From contig CAZWBG010000001.1 of the NCBI GenBank assembly GCA_964632215.1, positions 559,863 to 623,862 on the forward strand: DNA of 64,000 nt, read 5' to 3'. The position numbers and the translations under genes are program-made. This document shows positions 27,520 to 37,198 of the stretch, piece after piece (position 1 is the first letter of the stretch; each line of letters opens with the position of its first letter). The notes beneath the pieces were generated by a model that was not told the DNA's origin, ran no database searches, and saw only the letters and a list, made by a program, of their open reading frames with translations. This stretch comes from an uncultured Candidatus Saccharibacteria bacterium. GTDB taxonomy: Bacteria; Patescibacteriota; Saccharimonadia; Saccharimonadales; UBA7683.

Positions 27520-28854
27520 ATGAGTAGCTATCTTGAGACGCGCCCAGACTTCCCTCACGAAGAACCTCGCTCACCCCTTGAGGGGAAGACAGTCCTCTTT
27601 TCGTTTTGTGGTTCGGGTGATATGGATGGAGGTGTTCAGAAATCACTTAATGATGTTGCGGCGTACATGCAACATCACCAGCAAATGGAGACCCACGTAC
27701 TCGTAGGAAGTGCTCGTTCCCCAGAAGAGATACCTATAGACAAGCAGGAAGAAGTAGGGGAAACACCCAAAGATACCGCTACCAACACAGGCGCCAATCT
27801 GTATACCACATTCTCCAGTTTTGCCGATACACCAAGCAACATACATGTACTCTCACGCAAGAGCGGATCTATGCAACTTAACGGTGCTCAGAACCCAATC
27901 TTTACCGTTGTTAATCCCCGCAGGATCACGCGTGAAGTAGCAGCCGTAGACCCAGATATTATGCATGTCATGTTACCAATGATGCCTCATGTTGGCGGAA
28001 TAGCCGTCCGAGCTGCTCAGAAAAATAACGTACCGGTTATAGGTACTTGGCATATAGATGCTGACAGTATCCTTACCAATGCCGGTCTCAAAGCTGGTCA
28101 TATAGTAGACCGCAAGGTTTTGGATAACATACAAGCCCTAATTGCCGTGTCGCCTGTTGCTGAGGCCCATTTGCGCCGCGTCTACGACTACAAGGGTGAT
28201 GTAGAGGTTATTCCAAATCCAATTGATATCGATTTCTTTGCCAACACGCTACCAGATGACGCATTTCGAGAGGAGCATGCAGAAATTCTCGCAAGCGAGT
28301 CTCCTATTATGGTGTTTGTTGGCCGGCCAGATGACCGGAAAGGATTGGGTGAACTAATACAGGCATTCGGAAGAATTAAGCGTTCAGGCATAATTGATCT
28401 ACAGCTTGCGGTATGCGGATATGGTCCTCACCTACCGAAGTTTGAAGCTTTGGCAGAATCAGAAGGCGTAGGCAAAGATACACACTTTCTTGGCAGAGTA
28501 AGCGAAAATAGGAAAGCCATGTGGCTCCATGCTGCCCAGTTTGCGGTACTACCTGCTAAAGAAAATGAGTCTCAAGGTATTACCGTACTAGAAGCCATTG
28601 CGGCTGGCACACCTGTTATAGCTGGCAACAACAAAGGGTATCTTAGTATATTAGGTAACCTCGAAACATCTCACGATACCATAGTAAACCCCAGAGACGT
28701 TGAAGCCTTAAAGAATCGGATAATAAACTTAGCAGTTGATAGAAGGTTAGCTCAAGAAGTAGCTGCCAACCAACAGTCTGTTATAGGCCACTATGATCAA
28801 TTTGTGATTGGTAAGCAGATCGCTGAGATATATGAACGCGCATTGGCCGCTTGA
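27520..28854 (+). CDS. GT-B glycosyltransferase (GT4-like)
   Basis: FVGRPDDRKGLGELIQAF and E(N)ESQGITVLEAIAAGTPVIAG match the EX7E region. I prefer the ATG at 27520, which follows AAGGA. Confidence 0.75.
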   Translation: MSSYLETRPDFPHEEPRSPLEGKTVLFSFCGSGDMDGGVQKSLNDVAAYMQHHQQMETHVLVGSARSPEEIPIDKQEEVGETPKDTATNTGANLYTTFSSFADTPSNIHVLSRKSGSMQLNGAQNPIFTVVNPRRITREVAAVDPDIMHVMLPMMPHVGGIAVRAAQKNNVPVIGTWHIDADSILTNAGLKAGHIVDRKVLDNIQALIAVSPVAEAHLRRVYDYKGDVEVIPNPIDIDFFANTLPDDAFREEHAEILASESPIMVFVGRPDDRKGLGELIQAFGRIKRSGIIDLQLAVCGYGPHLPKFEALAESEGVGKDTHFLGRVSENRKAMWLHAAQFAVLPAKENESQGITVLEAIAAGTPVIAGNNKGYLSILGNLETSHDTIVNPRDVEALKNRIINLAVDRRLAQEVAANQQSVIGHYDQFVIGKQIAEIYERALAA

Positions 28855-28950
28855 CAGTCAATATATTAGTGACTAAAATAATCGCAGGAACACTGGTTTC
28901 TTTTACTTGCTATAATAAGTAAGTCACATTGTATATCTTAAGGAGGGTCT

Positions 28951-29640
28951 TTGAAATCACCGAACATACTCGAAACGAAGAATATGACGAAAGTTTACGG
29001 CAAAGGCAGCAACGCCTTCACTGCCCTGCATAATCTTTCGCTAGAAATCAAAAAAGGCGAATCTATTGCGATCATTGGTAAAAGTGGTTCGGGTAAGAGT
29101 ACCCTTATGCACCTGATGGCCCTACTTGACGAGCCAACCGGTGGGAGTATCAGTATCGACGGCAAAGATGCTAAAAAACTCTCTGGTAGTCAGCTCAATA
29201 AGCTACGTAATAAAGAGTTCGGTTTTGTGTTCCAACAATTCTTCTTAAATGCTAATTCAAGTGTTCTAGACAACGTTATTTTGCCTCTTAAAATAGCCGG
29301 GCTATCAGTTCGAGAAAGAAATAGGCGAGGCCTAGAAACCCTCAAGCAAGTAGAACTAGAAGACAAAGCCAAGAGTAAAGCCAACGACCTCAGCGGTGGC
29401 CAGAAACAACGAGTTGTTATAGCTCGTGCACTTGTCAACAAACCCCAGATTATTTTTGCCGACGAACCAACTGGTAACCTTGACAGCCAAACTGGCAAGA
29501 AGATTGAGGACCTACTTTTTGCACTTAACAAAGAACATAACATTACACTTATCGTAGTGACCCACGACGAAGATCTGGCAAACAGATGCGATAGACAAAT
29601 TCATATTAAAGATGGTCATATTCAAGGAAAGGAGGCTTAG
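28951..29640 (+). CDS. ABC transporter ATP-binding protein (MacB/LolD/FtsE-like)
   Basis: TTG start after AAGGAGGG. Walker A GKSGSGKST, signature LSGGQKQR and Walker B IIFADEPTGNLD are present. Confidence 0.9.
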   Translation: MKSPNILETKNMTKVYGKGSNAFTALHNLSLEIKKGESIAIIGKSGSGKSTLMHLMALLDEPTGGSISIDGKDAKKLSGSQLNKLRNKEFGFVFQQFFLNANSSVLDNVILPLKIAGLSVRERNRRGLETLKQVELEDKAKSKANDLSGGQKQRVVIARALVNKPQIIFADEPTGNLDSQTGKKIEDLLFALNKEHNITLIVVTHDEDLANRCDRQIHIKDGHIQGKEA

Positions 29641-30927
29641 ATGAAATTTATAGATATCTTCCGTACAGCTAGCTCCAACATGCTACGTTCTAAGTTACGC
29701 TCTTTTTTAACAATTATCGCAATCTTTATTGGTGCCTTCACTCTTTCTCTGACCAATGGCATCGGCGCTGGTATATCTACCTATATAGACAAACAACTTG
29801 GCAACCTTGGGGCTGAGGACGTGTTATTTGTTCAACCAAAAATGGACAACACGGCTAACGACGGGCCCACACTCTACAATCCTGAACGAACCACCTCAAG
29901 CTCGGGTGGATTTGGCCCAGGTAGCGGTGCCCTTACTCCTAAAGATATCGCTATCATTCAAGAACAGCCAGGCATTAAGAGTGCCGAGCTGAGTATTAGT
30001 GCTTCACCTGACTTTATTGCGGGAGCAAGCGGCACAAAGTACCAGCTTTCTATTACACCATTTCTGACTGGTACAAACCTCGATATTGCAGCAGGCAAGT
30101 CACCAACCAACGACACCTCTCAGGGCCAACTCGTAATACCGCTTTCGTACGTAAGCGCACTCGGCTATGGTTCTAACGACGAGGCTGTAGGTAAGACTGT
30201 CCAGGTTGGTATCACAAGTGCAGCAGGCACCAAAGATGTCATCAATGCCACTATTACAGGTGTTCAGCAACAAACTATCATAAGTTCTGGTGGAGCAAGT
30301 GTGAATCGGCCGCTCTTACAGCAAATGTATGATGTTCAGACTACAGGCCTACCAGCTGCAGCCAAAGAACAATCACCTATTGCCCTGGCACGAGTTGGCC
30401 AAAATATAAACAAAGAAGAGTTGCAAAGTATTAAAGATAGCCTTAAAGATAAGGGTTACACAGCGCTGACCATTCAAGATCAAATAGGCATTATCAAACA
30501 AGTGATTGATGCTGTTTTAGTGGTACTCAATGGCTTTGCTGCTATTGCGCTGCTTGCCGCCAGCTTTGGTATTATCAATACCCTCTTGATGGCAGTTCAG
30601 GAACGTACCAAAGAGATCGGACTCATGAAGGCTATGGGTATGGGTAGTAAAAAGATATTCTTGCTCTTTAGTACCGAGGCTGTGTTGCTTGGATTTTGGG
30701 GAAGCTTACTTGGCGTGGTTGCCGCAAACCTTATCGGGAAAGGCATCAACCGTCTTGCTACTGATACGTTCCTAAAAGACCTAGCAGGTTTTGAACTTAC
30801 CTCATTCCCTATCGTTTCAACTGCTATCATTATGCTTGTCATTATGACTATTGCCTTTCTGGCCGGTACTCTACCTGCCCGCCGTGCTTCAAAGCAAAAC
30901 CCAATCGACGCACTTCGATACGAATAG
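29641..30927 (+). CDS. FtsX-like ABC permease (MacB-type)
   Basis: N-terminal TM segment, a large periplasmic-type domain and a C-terminal three-TM FtsX module (ERTKEIGLMKAMGM). It starts immediately after the ATPase stop. Confidence 0.85.
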   Translation: MKFIDIFRTASSNMLRSKLRSFLTIIAIFIGAFTLSLTNGIGAGISTYIDKQLGNLGAEDVLFVQPKMDNTANDGPTLYNPERTTSSSGGFGPGSGALTPKDIAIIQEQPGIKSAELSISASPDFIAGASGTKYQLSITPFLTGTNLDIAAGKSPTNDTSQGQLVIPLSYVSALGYGSNDEAVGKTVQVGITSAAGTKDVINATITGVQQQTIISSGGASVNRPLLQQMYDVQTTGLPAAAKEQSPIALARVGQNINKEELQSIKDSLKDKGYTALTIQDQIGIIKQVIDAVLVVLNGFAAIALLAASFGIINTLLMAVQERTKEIGLMKAMGMGSKKIFLLFSTEAVLLGFWGSLLGVVAANLIGKGINRLATDTFLKDLAGFELTSFPIVSTAIIMLVIMTIAFLAGTLPARRASKQNPIDALRYE

Positions 30928-30982
30928 GCTTATCCCTGTTTGACACTAGGGATAAGCACAATAGTAGTGTATAACTGTAGCT

Positions 30983-31651
30983 ATGAATAAAAAATCTTCT
31001 TCTCAGTTATTACTCGGAATCGTTATCTTGGCAGTTGGTATAGGTTACCTACTCGACACGCTTAACTTACTTAATTTTGGCTCATTCCTTGCTCAGTGGT
31101 GGCCACTTTTGATCATACTGGTTGGCTTTGTAAGCTTAGTTTCTAACCCTAAAGTATTCACCTGGCCACTGTTCATCATCTTATTCGGCGGTCTATTGCA
31201 ACTTCAACGGCTCGATATTGTTTCATTTAATGTATGGAACATTTTGTGGCCAAGCGCCATTATACTAGTCGGTCTTTCCTTCATATTTGATAGGTTCTCA
31301 CCCAAAGCCAAGCTCTCAACAGAAGAAAATATTGATATGTTTGTTGCTTTTTCTGGTATTGAAAGTATTAATAAGTCGAGTGATTTTCAGGGTGGTAAAA
31401 TCACTTCGTTGTTTGGCGGTATTAGCCTAGATCTGCGTCATGCAAAGATTAAGAAAGAAGCACGGCTTGAAATATTTACAGCCTTTGGTGGAGTTGATCT
31501 ACAGGTACCGGAGGGTTGGGTTGTACATACCAGTGGACTCCCGCTTTTTGGTGGATGGGATGATAAAACTAAAAAGACCGCCGATGAGAATGCTCCTGTA
31601 CTTCACATTCAGGGCACCTGCCTCTTCGGTGGCGTTGATATTAAGAACTAA
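30983..31651 (+). CDS. LiaF-like membrane protein (cell-wall-active antibiotic response, DUF2154-like C-terminus)
   Basis: Multi-TM N-terminus followed by LFGGISLDLRHAKI..LEIFTAFGGVDLQVPEGW...LFGGWDDK..GTCLFGGVDIKN. Confidence 0.6.
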   Translation: MNKKSSSQLLLGIVILAVGIGYLLDTLNLLNFGSFLAQWWPLLIILVGFVSLVSNPKVFTWPLFIILFGGLLQLQRLDIVSFNVWNILWPSAIILVGLSFIFDRFSPKAKLSTEENIDMFVAFSGIESINKSSDFQGGKITSLFGGISLDLRHAKIKKEARLEIFTAFGGVDLQVPEGWVVHTSGLPLFGGWDDKTKKTADENAPVLHIQGTCLFGGVDIKN

Positions 31652-32826
31652 GACTCTTCAGATACGGTAACAGTAGGTTTGCGAAAGACCTTTTTCGCAC
31701 GAGAGTAGGTTCTATGAATTATTCCCTTAGGCCCCTTCTCGTCCTCTTCTTCTGGGAGTACGTTTCTAAATACCTCAAGATAAACTCGTATTGTCGTAAC
31801 AATAAGAATCATAATAACTGGCCCAATTACAATCCCCAAGAAACCAAAGAGACCTAAACCCGCAAAAACTGCCAATAAGGTTAGTGCTGAATCAAGTCGT
31901 GCTTCTGAAGGCACAAGCTTTGGCCGTAGCACATTGTCTATATTGGTGACGATCAGTATATGGCCAGCTACTACCAGAACACCGCCCCATACATTACCCG
32001 TAAACATCATAACAATACCTATCGGTATAGCAATAATACCTCCGCCAAGCGGGATAATTGAAAGTGCTGTTAAGAGTACCAAGAAAAAGAAGAATGTGCT
32101 GTGCAGTCCTGCCAAGTAGAGTAGTAATGCGTCCGTTAAGCCCTGTAGAAAGGCTATGATGAATTGGCCCTTCACCATGGCTTTTGTCATAGCTGCAAGT
32201 TTTGTAATATAGAGCTCACCGATATCCTTACCAAGCGGGTTGAGGTGGCGAATAGTATCCATGATCTTTTTTTGGTTCTTCAAGATTGAAAGAAATACAA
32301 AAATATAAATAATAGCGGTGCTAAAGAAACTGAAGAAACTCCCCAGCGAAGAGGTTAGTGTCTTTACCAGACTGCTGCCAATTGTTGAGAGTGCTTTGGT
32401 TAGTAAATTTGTGAGCCACCCAGAATCTAGCTGAAACGGTATATGTAAAGAATCTAGGGATTTGTTAACCGTATTCATAATATCTTGCCCATAGGCAGTT
32501 ACGTCAATTGTAGGCACAGACTGCTTTACATCGACTGCGAGTCTATTTACCTGCGCAACGGTGATGACCAATACTAATAGTATCGGAATGATAATAACCA
32601 GCAAAGAGAAAATAAAGGTGACTGCCGAGGCTCTTCCGGGTTGCCCCCATCGTTGTAACAACTTCTGATATAACGGATTAAACATGTATGCTACAATGGC
32701 TGCAAAAATGATCAGCGTGAAATAATGACGCAAGAAGAATACACCAAATACGAGCGCAATAACCGTTGCAACTGCCAATGCTCGTTTCTGTTGGCTCGTG
32801 ACCGTAATAGTATGCCGCTTCTCCAT
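31648..32826 (-). CDS. AI-2E family transporter (PerM/UPF0118)
   Basis: 392-aa polytopic protein with family-typical blocks F..GL.DALLLY..G and IP.GGGI...P. Confidence 0.65.
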   Translation of the reverse strand: MEKRHTITVTSQQKRALAVATVIALVFGVFFLRHYFTLIIFAAIVAYMFNPLYQKLLQRWGQPGRASAVTFIFSLLVIIIPILLVLVITVAQVNRLAVDVKQSVPTIDVTAYGQDIMNTVNKSLDSLHIPFQLDSGWLTNLLTKALSTIGSSLVKTLTSSLGSFFSFFSTAIIYIFVFLSILKNQKKIMDTIRHLNPLGKDIGELYITKLAAMTKAMVKGQFIIAFLQGLTDALLLYLAGLHSTFFFFLVLLTALSIIPLGGGIIAIPIGIVMMFTGNVWGGVLVVAGHILIVTNIDNVLRPKLVPSEARLDSALTLLAVFAGLGLFGFLGIVIGPVIMILIVTTIRVYLEVFRNVLPEEEDEKGPKGIIHRTYSRAKKVFRKPTVTVSEES

Positions 32827-32882
32827 TTGACTCTATTATAGTCTTATTACTACCAGAAAGACAAAATCAGTATATAAATTGG

Positions 32883-33605
32883 TTACTTTTTAGACTTTCG
32901 TTGCTTTGAGCCAACTTGCAAGAAATTCTTGACCGACTGACTATTGAAGAAGGTACTGTCGATGAGTATGAAGAGCAGGAGTAGAATAATAATCCAGTAT
33001 ATAAATTGTTCAACAAAAGTAATCGGTTGCGAGCCGTCAAAGTCAAAGCCCAGTAGAACACCAAAACGTATAACGGAATTTCGTTCTTCTTGAAGTGGAT
33101 TAGATTGGTCTTCTCTATCTGTAGATAAAAGATCTGTTTGAGGCGAGTCTGGATGAGTCACTGGATCCACATTTGGGCTCTTAACATACACCGAGACGGT
33201 TGGTGAGATAGGACCAGATTGGTCAAAACTATCAAAGTTTAGTGCTGTAAGACTATTCAGCCCCTCAAGGAGCCCAATATTAATCGTAAATGTACCCTGA
33301 GCAGAACAGGTACCCGTACCAGCTAGTGCACCAAAATTATATATCTCAACTCTCAGACCTACCTCGCAGGTTCCGGTTACAACCAGCGGCGTAGCCGTAA
33401 CCGTCTCTCCATTTAACGGCGAATCAATAATTGCAGGAATAGTGGGCGGCCCACCAGGCACTACAGCCGTAATAGTCACACTTCTGTTCTCCGTGAGAGT
33501 CAGAGCCTGTGCTGGGTAAGCGGATATACTCATGCAAGCCACTACTATGAACAAGGGTATCAGAATATCCCTAACGCGTTTGATGCCCCCCAGCACTCTT
33601 TGCAT
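32883..33605 (-). CDS. Surface protein with an Ig-like domain and a C-terminal TM anchor plus basic tail
   Basis: Signal peptide, then IIDSPLNGETVTATPLVVTGTC...GTCSAQGTFTI (bacterial Ig-like pattern), a C-terminal TM segment (FIYWIIILLLLFILI) and KQRKSKK. It starts 2 nt after the stop of the upstream gene. Confidence 0.55.
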   Translation of the reverse strand: MQRVLGGIKRVRDILIPLFIVVACMSISAYPAQALTLTENRSVTITAVVPGGPPTIPAIIDSPLNGETVTATPLVVTGTCEVGLRVEIYNFGALAGTGTCSAQGTFTINIGLLEGLNSLTALNFDSFDQSGPISPTVSVYVKSPNVDPVTHPDSPQTDLLSTDREDQSNPLQEERNSVIRFGVLLGFDFDGSQPITFVEQFIYWIIILLLLFILIDSTFFNSQSVKNFLQVGSKQRKSKK

Positions 33606-33607
33606 TT

Positions 33608-34618
33608 TTACCTTTGTCTAGTGTTATCGTTTTTAGACTGAGCTATAACTCGCTTCTTATATAGCTTGAGAATTCTTCGGACAATCCATACTGTTATAAG
33701 TAGCGCCACAAGGACTAGAATGATTAATTTGTATGGTATCACCCAAAACGTGGTTGAAGCGAGTAGAACACCTCCGGTTGTACCGTAGGCAATCTCAGCA
33801 GTTGCTGTATACCTACCAAGTAATCGTTGTTTACTCAGAACCTCTTCGAAACGTCGAGTACTGTTTGGTAGAACATTACCATCAGTTGCATTTATAGCCT
33901 CGGTCGCAATAGTCTTACCAAAAATGTCTTTTACGGTAATACTACCAGTCGGCTTCAGGTGTACATTACCAGTGTTTTCAATTCGCTGCACAAGACTGAG
34001 CGGGCCAGCCTCAAACAAATCACCTTTTTTGCCATTCTTCTGGGCAAAGAACTCTTGCATAACAAGCCGCTCTTGAATATCTCCGCCCACTCGAGTCAAT
34101 ATAAGTGTACCGACACTCGCAGAAATTGTAAGATTAGCTTTTTCCTTATCAGTAGGTGTACCCGTAAATCGAATAACTCCGTAGTATCCACCAGCTTCTG
34201 CATTCTGTGGCACATTAACCGTCGCGTTAACTACTCTGCTCTCTTTTGGTGCTAGAACCATGTCTCCAATAGGGTTAACCCACTGTCGGAACGAATAGCT
34301 GCTATCCCCACTAGTATCTTCTAGGATAACTTCAGGATTCCCCGTTTCATCCTTTGCCTGAAAGTCGTTGACTGATGCCTTAAGTAGTAGTTCTTGTGTC
34401 GTGACGTTTGTTACCGTTAAAACTAGGTTGTAGCTCTGCCCTTTTTCAGCATTTAAATCCACTAGTACTGGTGATATCTGTATACCCTGGGCTGCAGAAT
34501 CACTAGCTTGAGCTTGTACGCTAACTTGGTTGAGACTAGTAAATACGAGACAGGCGATGATGCTTACAAAGATAGCCCTACACATGTTCTTAATCGTGTT
34601 CATTCCTACTCTACTCAT
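33608..34618 (-). CDS. DUF916 + DUF3324-like (WxL-interacting, DufA/CscA-type) surface protein, copy 1
   Basis: Signal peptide; GIQISPVLVDL..GQSYNLVLTVTN; AEAGGYYGVIRF; a second domain with NTGNVHLKPTGSITV..VLPNSTRRFE..LLGRYTATAEI; and a C-terminal TM segment plus RRILKLYKKR tail. Confidence 0.65.
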   Translation of the reverse strand: MSRVGMNTIKNMCRAIFVSIIACLVFTSLNQVSVQAQASDSAAQGIQISPVLVDLNAEKGQSYNLVLTVTNVTTQELLLKASVNDFQAKDETGNPEVILEDTSGDSSYSFRQWVNPIGDMVLAPKESRVVNATVNVPQNAEAGGYYGVIRFTGTPTDKEKANLTISASVGTLILTRVGGDIQERLVMQEFFAQKNGKKGDLFEAGPLSLVQRIENTGNVHLKPTGSITVKDIFGKTIATEAINATDGNVLPNSTRRFEEVLSKQRLLGRYTATAEIAYGTTGGVLLASTTFWVIPYKLIILVLVALLITVWIVRRILKLYKKRVIAQSKNDNTRQR

Positions 34619-34652
34619 TACGGTGCACTATACCAGACAAAATACATAATTG

Positions 34653-35678
34653 CTAGAATGTTGCTGTTGCAATATAAGTAAGGGTGGTGGAATAAGCACC
34701 AGCTTGCTGTGTAGCTGGAACGTTGGCAATATAACTAACCGTATAGGTATTGGCATTCGTAGCAGCGGCAGCTGAAGCCACTGTTTCACCTGTAACAAAT
34801 CGGAATGAGTTGGCAGTATTATAGTTTGCCGCAGGTAGACCACCGCCAGACCCTGAAACATTCGAGCCAATAGGCGGGGTTGTATTTGCCATGAGGTTCA
34901 TACCAAATTGTGCAGCACCCTGTGTTGACGCCGTATTAGTGCCAAGTGCAGCAATTGTATTAGCACCAGATGTTAGGGTTGAGCCATTTACGCTAATAGC
35001 ATAGCCGCTAGTTGCATTCGTGGAAGCCGACATCGTAGAGGTACCAGTACCGGTTGTGGCCGAAGAAAGTGCACCGAGTGGTACGGTCGCACTTGCCAGT
35101 GTAAAGGTCAGGGTTTCGTCTATCGTTGCAGTAATAGTAACTTGACCCGCTGTAGAAGAAGCAAAGGTTCCAGTATCAACAGCAGTTGTCCAGGTCGCGT
35201 CAGAATAAGTTGTCATTCGTGCAAAGAATGTAGCATTGGTAGCACTTGGGTTGGTCACGGCGCCGAAGGTTACGGTACTCGTGCCAGTTGGTGCTGCGAC
35301 GTTACCAGTTTTACTCAGGCGTAGGCTATCGGCAGTTGCGGTACTTACTGTCCAACCTGAAGAATCACCTAGGTTTGTAGGTTGCGTAGGTAGTGTTGAT
35401 GAGCTTGATGAAAAACCAGCAGGTGCCGTGCAGGTGCCCGTTGCAGTTGTACAAATTTGGAAAGATGCTGATTTGAGCACTGTAGAAGAAGGAAGTGCAA
35501 AACTAAATGTGTAGGTAGTTGAAGCCGAAGCAACCGAAGAACCAATTGTGAGTGTACGGCTAGTAGCTTGCAGTGCGGAAACCTGTCCCATACTTACGAT
35601 TACTGTGCTCAGGCCAACGACAAGCGCGCTAAATGTAAGACTGATTAATTTGATTTTTTGTTGTAATTTCTGTTTCAT
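34653..35678 (-). CDS. Thr/Ser/Ala-rich secreted protein, WxL-domain-like with Tyr in place of Trp (large)
   Basis: AGGAG RBS and a signal peptide. About 300 aa of T/S/A-rich beta-type sequence includes SGYAISVNGSTLTSG, and the C-terminus QQAGAYSTTLTYIATATF resembles the WxL C-terminal AG.Y...L.W.L signature. Confidence 0.5.
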   Translation of the reverse strand: MKQKLQQKIKLISLTFSALVVGLSTVIVSMGQVSALQATSRTLTIGSSVASASTTYTFSFALPSSTVLKSASFQICTTATGTCTAPAGFSSSSSTLPTQPTNLGDSSGWTVSTATADSLRLSKTGNVAAPTGTSTVTFGAVTNPSATNATFFARMTTYSDATWTTAVDTGTFASSTAGQVTITATIDETLTFTLASATVPLGALSSATTGTGTSTMSASTNATSGYAISVNGSTLTSGANTIAALGTNTASTQGAAQFGMNLMANTTPPIGSNVSGSGGGLPAANYNTANSFRFVTGETVASAAAATNANTYTVSYIANVPATQQAGAYSTTLTYIATATF

Positions 35679-35739
35679 AACTACTAATCTCCTGTTATCT
35701 ATATTTTAATCAGATTAGTTGTTACTATACATAAGTAGT

Positions 35740-36303
35740 ATGAAGTTTGTCAATCAATCGCTCCGAAAACTATTGAGTCTCTTTCTTGCAGGCCTCGCTC
35801 TTGTAGCTAGCGCCGTCATTCCGTTAGCACAAGCCTCACCTTATGGTATGGGAATATACAGCGCAAATGTCCCATACGGATCAGAAACGAGCATCGCGCT
35901 AAGCACTACAGGCAACGTCAACATGCAAGTTACGCCTACCGAGGCAGGTACTCTCGTGACAGCAACTAATACCGTAACAGTTACCTCAACTGATGTTGTG
36001 GGTTATAAGCTCTATATTAGCTCGCTTACCAGTAGTAATATGGTAAATGGACCCTCAACTATTTCGGCATCCTCCAATGTCACAGCAGCAGCCCTAGCCT
36101 CAAATACCTGGGGCTACAACACTGATGCCTCAAGTAATTTTATTGGTAGCACAACAACCGATACCCTTATTAAAACGGCGAACGGACCATACACTGCGGG
36201 CGATCCCACAACCGTAACATATGGACTGAACGTGAATCACGCCAAGGCTGCTGGCAAATATACCACAGCTATAGTTTATACGGCCGCTCCTCAAACGAAT
36301 TAG
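35740..36303 (+). CDS. Small secreted WxL-domain-like protein (Tyr variant)
   Basis: Signal peptide MKFVNQSLRKLLSLFLAGLALVASAVIPLAQA, then VTSTDVVGYKLYISS (like the WxL D.RG..GW.L block), and a C-terminus AAGKYTTAIVYTAAPQTN. I prefer the ATG at 35740 over the TTG at 35719. Confidence 0.5.
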   Translation: MKFVNQSLRKLLSLFLAGLALVASAVIPLAQASPYGMGIYSANVPYGSETSIALSTTGNVNMQVTPTEAGTLVTATNTVTVTSTDVVGYKLYISSLTSSNMVNGPSTISASSNVTAAALASNTWGYNTDASSNFIGSTTTDTLIKTANGPYTAGDPTTVTYGLNVNHAKAAGKYTTAIVYTAAPQTN

Positions 36304-36306
36304 CCC

Positions 36307-37191
36307 CTACTTACGTTTCTTATTTCGCTTTATTCTCAGTAACCGACTTACCGCGAGCACAACTATAATGATCAGGGATATGCCGAACCATGGTGGTATA
36401 TATATGAGTGTTCTTGTAAGATTTGTGGTACCACCCTGTGGCTTTGCATAGGTAGCCTGCACTCGATATATACTAGGCCACACAGAGTTGAGTGATAACT
36501 TGGTCTGCAATTGTCTCACACTACGAGGCAGTATCATAGCTTGTTGAATCTCAGACTTAGTTGCCCCAAAAAAGAGTGGTTTGTACTGTAGCTCTATCCG
36601 AGAATCTTGGTGGATATTACCAGTATTTGCAACTCGTGTTACTACGTCTACCTGTCGCCCAGCGCTCAACCAGGGCATATCAAGACTCAGTAGCTCGCCA
36701 CTACGCTGAACCTTGCCATTAACGGTTAGGTATATAAGTGATGCAACTCGTTTTACCTCTTGAAAGGCACCGTTAGAACTAGTATTAGTAGTAGATACAA
36801 AAAGTGCAATATAGTAGCCGCCCGGACTAGCATTTGTGGGTAAGGCGAGGCTATAACCTATGGTCTTTGCTTCTTGAGGCTGTAAGACAATGGTCGTATC
36901 GGTAAACCGGATCCAATTGGCACTCTCTTCAGCTTGAAATCTGTAGGTGTAAGCCTCATCAACTACGTCGAAATTCTCACTAGAAAGAGTTGTCGTAGCA
37001 ACCTCATTAGTGTTATTTGTAACAGTAACTGTGTTCATAGTTGTACTACCCGGATTTTGGGCAGTATAGGATCGCACTGGAGCCACCTGCAAGCCAGTGT
37101 CACGTGCTTGAGCGTGCAAACTCTCGGCAGTTCCTACGAACAACGCCGCCAATGTCAAGCCAGTAAGAACGATGATATACCGTCTTCTCAT
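36307..37191 (-). CDS. DUF916 + DUF3324-like (WxL-interacting) surface protein, copy 2
   Basis: Signal peptide; GLQVAPVRSY; ASPGGYYIALFV; ANTGNIHQDSRIEL..ILPRSVRQL..IYRVQATY; and a C-terminal TM segment plus RIKRNKKRK. The architecture matches 33608..34618. Confidence 0.6.
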   Translation of the reverse strand: MRRRYIIVLTGLTLAALFVGTAESLHAQARDTGLQVAPVRSYTAQNPGSTTMNTVTVTNNTNEVATTTLSSENFDVVDEAYTYRFQAEESANWIRFTDTTIVLQPQEAKTIGYSLALPTNASPGGYYIALFVSTTNTSSNGAFQEVKRVASLIYLTVNGKVQRSGELLSLDMPWLSAGRQVDVVTRVANTGNIHQDSRIELQYKPLFFGATKSEIQQAMILPRSVRQLQTKLSLNSVWPSIYRVQATYAKPQGGTTNLTRTLIYIPPWFGISLIIIVVLAVSRLLRIKRNKKRK

Positions 37192-37198
37192 GGAGCAA

